IMG/VR virus record: IMGVR_UViG_3300005300_000028
Origin: a virus
Length of the DNA: 28,951 bases
Direction: 5' to 3' (one strand)
How positions within the stretch are numbered: the first letter of the stretch is position 1; each line of letters starts with the position of its first letter. The translations under genes were made by a program, and so were the position numbers. Below the pieces are notes generated by a model. That model made no database searches. It had not been told where the DNA came from and saw nothing but the letters and a program-made list of their open reading frames with translations. Of this stretch, positions 24,352 through 28,951 are shown piece after piece.

Positions 24352-24786
24352 TTACTCACCCCCTAAATAATAAAATGTAACAAAATACGAGTCATAAACT
24401 CTTGTTATCTTCATAGCCCATTTCAGATTCTCAACTCTGACTTCAAAAGTCTTGAATCCATCGTGAACCCCGTATTCTTTAACTGTGGTCTTGGCATCTT
24501 CGTTCACGATTAACTTGCTATCTGTGTTTCTGGTTTCGTCAGGTTCAACAAGATTGAACCTCCACTCGTTGTCAGCTCTGACATAGTCAATCCCCAACAT
24601 TCCGTCCTTTGCGTTCTCCTCAACAAGTCTCAGAAGTTTTTCTGCCTTCTCAAAGTCCATCTTTTTGACTCTCGGCATTCTTTTGAAGAAGTTACTAACT
24701 TCCCTATATGCTCTCTCTCTTCTCATCCTCACTTCTCTCCTGAAAGACTCCAACTCAAAACCAGTTTTTTCCATCCCTGTTTTCAT
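24352..24786 (-). CDS. Hypothetical protein, first gene behind a BRE-TATA promoter
   Basis: ATG at 24786 with a GAGGTGAG RBS. Confidence 0.65.
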   Translation of the reverse strand: MKTGMEKTGFELESFRREVRMRRERAYREVSNFFKRMPRVKKMDFEKAEKLLRLVEENAKDGMLGIDYVRADNEWRFNLVEPDETRNTDSKLIVNEDAKTTVKEYGVHDGFKTFEVRVENLKWAMKITRVYDSYFVTFYYLGGE

Positions 24787-24821
24787 CTTACTCACCTCAA
24801 CATAAGTTAAACCTCAAGGTA

Positions 24822-24853
24822 TATAAACCTTTCGGTTGTCAAAAAGGTTTATA
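24822..24853. promoter_or_regulatory. BRE-TATA promoter (minus strand CGAAAGGTTTATATA) paired with an inverted copy (plus strand AAAGGTTTATAAA)
   Basis: 11-bp inverted repeat TATAAACCTTT (24822-24832) / AAAGGTTTATA (24843-24853); same core as the repeats at 28886-28924. Confidence 0.7.
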
Positions 24854-26519
24854 AATTGGATAATAGAGTTCTTTGCACTTTCTTTTTACCTTTCTTCTTC
24901 TCGAGGTGCTCCATTTTATTTCTGTTGAACTCAGAAGAATACTCTCTTATCATGGACTCGTACTTCTTGGCGAACTTCCTTGCAATTTCGAAAGGTGCTG
25001 AAGATATATACTGAATCACTTGAGGATAAGTATCGAGCCTATATTCTGACTTCCTTTTTCCATTATTGACATATTCCTTTATTTTTTTGTCAAGCGAAGA
25101 CAGTAGCTCGACAAACGATAACTTAGGTTTTGGTTCTGGCTCATCACTTTTCTTGAACACGAACACGAAATCGTAAGGCATTGGGTCTTTCTGCTCTACA
25201 TGGAACGAAATTTTGTAGTTGTAAACCGGTTGACGTAATACGTCTACGTGTTTGAAACCGGCTCTCCTTAGTGCCAAGACGAAAGCCGCCATGACATTCA
25301 TGTCTCCAATGTTGAACGTCGATATAAGGTGACCTCCATGTTTCAACACTCTGAAACACTCTCTGAAAACCTGATATAGTCCGTCTTCATATTCTCTAAG
25401 CCCAATTCTTCTTGTGCTGTTGATAGAAATCTCTGTTTTTGGTGCAGACAGGCCAAGCCAGACTAAGTAGAAATCTGAGAGTTCGGCATACTGTATAATG
25501 TCGCCATAAGGTGGGTCTGTTATAACTGCGTCTACACTTTCATCAGGAATGAAAGATAAGTCTCTTGAGTCAGCTTGAACCACCATGTAACTTGCGTCTT
25601 TTTGCAACTGGCTGAAGTCAGAAGCCTCTTTGGCATAACTACCGATTTTACTGTTGGTGTATGTCTTGCCTCTGATTACTTTGTCTACTCTCCTGCAGAA
25701 AACTTCCCACAAGTTGTTCTCTGTATAGTCTTTAGCAACCCAGTATGTGTTGAGTGTCCAGTCCATTAATTTAGTTTCACCTCCTTTGAGATGTTTGGAC
25801 ATTTTTGAAGACCATTCGAGCATTGAACTGAATGTGAACATCATGAAATCCCTGATTTTGTCGTCTTGAATTTGTGTGATTGCGTCTCTGATATGACTTA
25901 ACATTATCAGACTCCTTGGACTTATAAGCTCATGGAAATATCTGAAACCTTTCTGAATTAGTCTGTTTGTCGTGTCTCCTTCCGGTATTTGAACAACAGG
26001 GTACCACTTAGGTGGAATGTCAGGAACTTTTTCGAACTCCTCTAAACCTGATTCAAGGAAAATCTTTGAGTTACAACTTTTACAGTATATAAAAGCTAAG
26101 AACGGTCTATCATCAGCCAAATATCTTCTGATGTACCTGACCATAGTATTAGAACCACACTCTGGGCATTTGGTTCCGTATAGTTCCCATGCGAGTGGCT
26201 CTAACTGAGTTTTTAGTTGGTTGAACACCTCCCGATATGCGTAAATGTTCAACGGTTCAACTTCTTTTTTCATAACCATGCACGCAAGAGGGTTCAGGTC
26301 AACAGCAACAACTTTCCTCCTCAGGATAAGACCTTCAATCAGTGTAGTACCACCGCCAGCAAATGGGTCTAAAATTATGTCTCCGGGTTCTGTGAACACT
26401 TGAATTATTTTACTGAACACTTTCCATGGCCTCCGAGCCCAGTACTTGTGCATAAAGTAGACAGGAGTATACGCTGTTGTCTCTAAAATACCTAACCCCA
26501 ACATATTACTAGTAACCAT
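24849..26519 (-). CDS. Amino (N6-A or N4-C) DNA methyltransferase with an internal Zn ribbon (COG1743-like)
   Basis: HKYWARRP, motif I DPFAGGGT, CPEC...CKSC and motif IV TDPPY. Likely start 26519 or 26504; the track extension to 26654 overlaps the upstream gene. Confidence 0.88.
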   Translation of the reverse strand: MVTSNMLGLGILETTAYTPVYFMHKYWARRPWKVFSKIIQVFTEPGDIILDPFAGGGTTLIEGLILRRKVVAVDLNPLACMVMKKEVEPLNIYAYREVFNQLKTQLEPLAWELYGTKCPECGSNTMVRYIRRYLADDRPFLAFIYCKSCNSKIFLESGLEEFEKVPDIPPKWYPVVQIPEGDTTNRLIQKGFRYFHELISPRSLIMLSHIRDAITQIQDDKIRDFMMFTFSSMLEWSSKMSKHLKGGETKLMDWTLNTYWVAKDYTENNLWEVFCRRVDKVIRGKTYTNSKIGSYAKEASDFSQLQKDASYMVVQADSRDLSFIPDESVDAVITDPPYGDIIQYAELSDFYLVWLGLSAPKTEISINSTRRIGLREYEDGLYQVFRECFRVLKHGGHLISTFNIGDMNVMAAFVLALRRAGFKHVDVLRQPVYNYKISFHVEQKDPMPYDFVFVFKKSDEPEPKPKLSFVELLSSLDKKIKEYVNNGKRKSEYRLDTYPQVIQYISSAPFEIARKFAKKYESMIREYSSEFNRNKMEHLEKKKGKKKVQRTLLSNL

Positions 26520-26559
26520 ATTACTACATAAAAACTTTTTGTAGAAAAAATGTAAAGAA

Positions 26560-26817
26560 TTACTTAAAGTAAATCCTCCACTGCACACCAAACAGCTCAA
26601 ACTCTGGTTTCCTGACCTCCAAGAACCATTGCATCGACAGTCTCCTGCCATCACTTGGTTTCAGTTTAAAAACGACTCTGTCTTCTGTCCTTTCAAGAAC
26701 TCTGTCTATCTCCATTCTCTCCCTTCTCAGCCTCCTTGATATTCCATAGATTGTCTCATCACTGACCCAATCAGGTAAGTTCATCAGTGCTAAAGACACA
26801 AAGTCAAAGTTTACCAT
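26560..26817 (-). CDS. Small hypothetical protein
   Basis: GAGGTG RBS before the ATG at 26817. Confidence 0.6.
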   Translation of the reverse strand: MVNFDFVSLALMNLPDWVSDETIYGISRRLRRERMEIDRVLERTEDRVVFKLKPSDGRRLSMQWFLEVRKPEFELFGVQWRIYFK

Positions 26818-26828
26818 GTTTTCCACCT

Positions 26829-27161
26829 CTACCCAAGGTTTAGCCATCTAATTATTGCCTCTTTGATTTTGTCGTCAAGTTCGTAAGGCATTCTGAAGCT
26901 TTCAGTCTCGTGAATCGCATAACTCTTTCCGTCCTTCGTGTAAATGTATAATGATACATAGCCCTTGTTTGACTCGTAGTATCGCATAACCGCTATTGTG
27001 CTGTCTGGTAAGTGGTAAACCGCTGGTTTCTTGGTCGTTGTCCCTATCTTCTCGATAGTTCCATCACTTTTTATAGCATAGACACCGAAACCAGAAGTCC
27101 GGGCACTCCACGCCCATTCATGGTAGCTGACTACCAACTTCCCGTTTTTCCACTCTACCAC
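26829..27161 (-). CDS. Small beta-rich hypothetical protein
   Basis: GGAGGTGA RBS before the GTG at 27161. Confidence 0.6.
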   Translation of the reverse strand: MVEWKNGKLVVSYHEWAWSARTSGFGVYAIKSDGTIEKIGTTTKKPAVYHLPDSTIAVMRYYESNKGYVSLYIYTKDGKSYAIHETESFRMPYELDDKIKEAIIRWLNLG

Positions 27162-27174
27162 CTTAATCACCTCC

Positions 27175-27672
27175 TTATTTGTTATTTCTCTTCTTCGCCA
27201 ACTTTGCGAATTTTGCAAGTGTTTTAGCTCCTTGAATTGCGGTTTTCCTTTGAATCTGTACATTGTATAATGTTATCTCCAAACCATTCCTACAGTAGAC
27301 TAAAGCAACATTTACAGCGTCTTTATAGATTCTTAGCTCAATGAACAAATGTGCAACATTTGTTAGCATTGACAATATCGTTACTCTCTCGTCTTTTATA
27401 ATCTCTTCCACGTAAACCATCTCTCCAACTTCTGTTTCGTCAAAAAGTCCGTCGAAGATGTCCCTCAGAAAATCCTCAAGTTCAGCGGCAACAGTATAAA
27501 ATCCTTCATTGAGAAAAGCCATCAATCTGTACCCTGTCGGTATAAGCACTCTCTTAAGATACTGATAGTCTCCAATGCCTTCTCTCTTAACCACATAACT
27601 GACATTCTCCGCCAGTTCCTCCCTGTTAAGCCATTCCACATATTGCCTGAATCTTTCCCGTATTTCCTCCAT
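27175..27672 (-). CDS. Hypothetical protein
   Basis: GGTGAGGAGA-ATG at 27672. Confidence 0.65.
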   Translation of the reverse strand: MEEIRERFRQYVEWLNREELAENVSYVVKREGIGDYQYLKRVLIPTGYRLMAFLNEGFYTVAAELEDFLRDIFDGLFDETEVGEMVYVEEIIKDERVTILSMLTNVAHLFIELRIYKDAVNVALVYCRNGLEITLYNVQIQRKTAIQGAKTLAKFAKLAKKRNNK

Positions 27673-27702
27673 TCTCCTCACCCCCCTATATATATAAAAA
27701 AA

Positions 27703-28044
27703 TTACATTACTTCACCAACAACAGGTTCGACCACCAAAAACTTGTACGGTAGCTGTTTCAACTCCTCTTCTGTCAGGATTTTCCCCTCAGGAAGCCTTT
27801 GCATAAGTTGGAAGACAATGAGTTTGTCGCCGTACTCTATCTTCACCTCAGTTCTGTTCATTGGAACCTCAACTCCAAGCAACTGGCTTAACAACTTTGC
27901 TGTGGCCTCATGACCAACGGCACTCACGAACCCTTTAGATATCATCCTCTTTATCCACTTAATGTCCTCTGGATATATCAAAATCAATTCTCTCTCATGC
28001 CTCAGCATATTTAAGCTAAATGAATTAGAGATGTACACTGTCAT
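27703..28044 (-). CDS. acrIII-1: Stand-alone DUF1874/AcrIII-1 ring nuclease (anti-CRISPR, type III)
   Basis: YISNSFSLNML, SAVGHEATA, NRTEVKI..GD and QRLPEGKIL; ATG at 28044 with a GGAGGTGAGGAGA RBS. Confidence 0.92.
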   Translation of the reverse strand: MTVYISNSFSLNMLRHERELILIYPEDIKWIKRMISKGFVSAVGHEATAKLLSQLLGVEVPMNRTEVKIEYGDKLIVFQLMQRLPEGKILTEEELKQLPYKFLVVEPVVGEVM

Positions 28045-28049
28045 TCTCC

Positions 28050-28259
28050 TCACCTCCTCCCCGCAAGACAGTAAAACAGTTCGTCAATCTCTTTTACAAG
28101 TTCTTGATAACACTCCGACATGTCAGACTCTGACAGTTCTTTAAGGTCTCTTCTTATTTGTTCAAGTCTCTTTATAAGTTCTGTTAGCTCTTCAATTCTT
28201 CTTCTGGCTATGTATATTTTTTCGTCAATTCTTCTCTCAATCAGCCATGCCAAGTACAT
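28050..28259 (-). CDS. Small coiled-coil hypothetical protein
   Basis: Heptad pattern and GGTGAG RBS. Confidence 0.6.
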   Translation of the reverse strand: MYLAWLIERRIDEKIYIARRRIEELTELIKRLEQIRRDLKELSESDMSECYQELVKEIDELFYCLAGRR

Positions 28260-28294
28260 AATCTTCTCACCCCCACAAAAAAGACAAAAAAAAG

Positions 28295-28852
28295 TTAAAG
28301 ATATGTCAATTCGATTAGACCTCTCTCTGCTAACTTTTCAATAAGCTCCCTGAATTTGTATGATTTACCTCTGCGTTCAGGATATAGCGAATAATAGGCT
28401 TCCTTAACGGAATCGAAGACATTGTCCACGTTTTGTAGCCCCATTTTTGTCCCGAGTTCTGTGGTTTTCACCTTAACCTTAAATCCGAATCTCTTGTTCT
28501 CTGTTTTCTCTGTTTTCTCTGTCTTTCTTTCCGATTTTGGCATAATGCCAAAAAGCGGAATTCCAAGTTCACTCTGGATTTTTTCAATGTTACTCCTTAA
28601 GGCCATATTGTACTCTCTTCTCTGTAAAACCAAAGAGTGTTTTTTGTCCTCAAGTTCTTTCAATTGAGCCCTGAGCTCAACGATTCTCTTTTCGACACTC
28701 TCAATCTCTGTCTCAACCTTTTTCAGTTCTACGCTTAACTTCTTTATCTTCTCAAAAACCTCTACAATCTCAGTACCGGCGCCTGCAGGCTCAAATCCGT
28801 TCTTTTTGGCGCCGGATTCCTGAACTGCGTTTTCAACTTTTTCCATTCCCAT
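28295..28852 (-). CDS. Coiled-coil protein with a basic C-terminal domain; first gene behind the tandem promoters
   Basis: Long heptad repeat and a KTEKTEKTE repeat; ATG at 28852 after GAGGTGA. Confidence 0.65.
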   Translation of the reverse strand: MGMEKVENAVQESGAKKNGFEPAGAGTEIVEVFEKIKKLSVELKKVETEIESVEKRIVELRAQLKELEDKKHSLVLQRREYNMALRSNIEKIQSELGIPLFGIMPKSERKTEKTEKTENKRFGFKVKVKTTELGTKMGLQNVDNVFDSVKEAYYSLYPERRGKSYKFRELIEKLAERGLIELTYL

Positions 28853-28885
28853 TTTTTTCACCTCACTATTAAGTCAACGTCTCGA

Positions 28886-28947
28886 TTTATAAACCTTTCG
28901 CTTAAACTTTTTATAAACCTTTCGGTTTAAATTTTTATAAAATTTTC
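28886..28947 (-). promoter_or_regulatory. Tandem 24-bp-spaced BRE-TATA boxes (minus strand CGAAAGGTTTATAAA)
   Basis: TTTATAAACCTTTCG at 28886-28900 and 28910-28924; degenerate third copy TTTATAAAATTTTC at 28934-28947. Confidence 0.75.
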
Positions 28948-28951
28948 AAAT

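Larger units (their letters stand above)
1..28951 (-). mobile_element. Segment of an archaeal virus or provirus (plasmid not excluded): early, replication and accessory modules
   Basis: Single-strand co-oriented operons with ATGA overlaps, many small Zn-finger or orphan ORFs, a self-contained replisome, DUF1874 anti-CRISPR genes and archaeal RBS (GGAGGTGA) and BRE-TATA motifs. No structural genes or integrase seen in the window. Confidence 0.8.

Noticed and set aside
26520-26654. Track N-terminal extension of the methyltransferase (MMAGDCRC...)
   Set aside because: It overlaps the upstream gene and crosses an oligo-T/TATA-like intergenic stretch; the conserved HKYWARR motif follows the ATGs at 26519 and 26504.
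28496-28530. Short coding microrepeats (KTE x3 here; 15-bp direct repeat at ~18972/19014; 27-bp-period acidic repeats at ~21200-21330)
   Set aside because: They are explained by low-complexity or heptad protein sequence; there is no sign of a DNA-level function.
1895-28667. All plus-strand ORFs in the track (e.g. 2319-2585, 8328-8624, 9625-10020, 14467-14838, 17533-17856, 17660-18058, 21210-21488)
   Set aside because: They are antisense shadows of well-supported minus-strand genes, with S/F/L-rich compositions mirroring E/K-rich coding (e.g. GSG repeats opposite KPEP), and they lack RBS.
1-28951. tRNA, rRNA, integrase/att site, capsid or terminase genes, inteins
   Set aside because: None recognisable by eye. 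PolB, RFC-S and the helicase have lengths and motif spacing without intein-sized insertions. Absence from this window says nothing about the rest of the genome.

Overview
This window looks like part of an archaeal virus or provirus genome, probably from a thermophilic host. It is densely coding, and essentially all real genes are on the minus strand. Starts are preceded by GGAGGTG/GGTGA ribosome-binding sites, and there are archaeal BRE-TATA promoters. No capsid, terminase or integrase gene is recognisable, so virus versus plasmid or integrated element is an inference. Read in transcription order (right to left), there are five blocks. (1) An early or anti-defence block (~23.3-28.9 kb) has two AcrIII-1/DUF1874 ring-nuclease homologues, one fused to an unknown N-terminal domain, plus a Zn-ribbon amino-methyltransferase and many small orphans. 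(2) A MoxR AAA+/vWA pair is followed by small ORFs, including a Cas2-like-fold candidate. (3) A nearly complete replication and recombination module encodes an OB-fold SSB, a Sak4-like ATPase, a PCNA-like clamp, a fused PriS-PriL primase, a split PolB, XPF, RFC-S, a Cas4-like nuclease, a stand-alone TSCPD domain, RFC-L and a DUF3987-like helicase. (4) An AT-rich ~550-bp non-coding region carries a dyad-symmetric ACTACGACACT repeat array, a probable origin or centromere. (5) A downstream unit encodes a C2H2 Zn-finger protein, an Mrp/NBP35 ATPase fused to an SCP2-like lipid-binding domain, a geranylgeranyl-reductase-family enzyme, a DGGGP-synthase-like UbiA prenyltransferase, DUF2061 and a TGT-like protein. 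The best novel-system candidates are this lipid/membrane module beside the repeat array and the duplicated, fused AcrIII-1 pair. All family calls are motif recognition by eye; no database searches were run.
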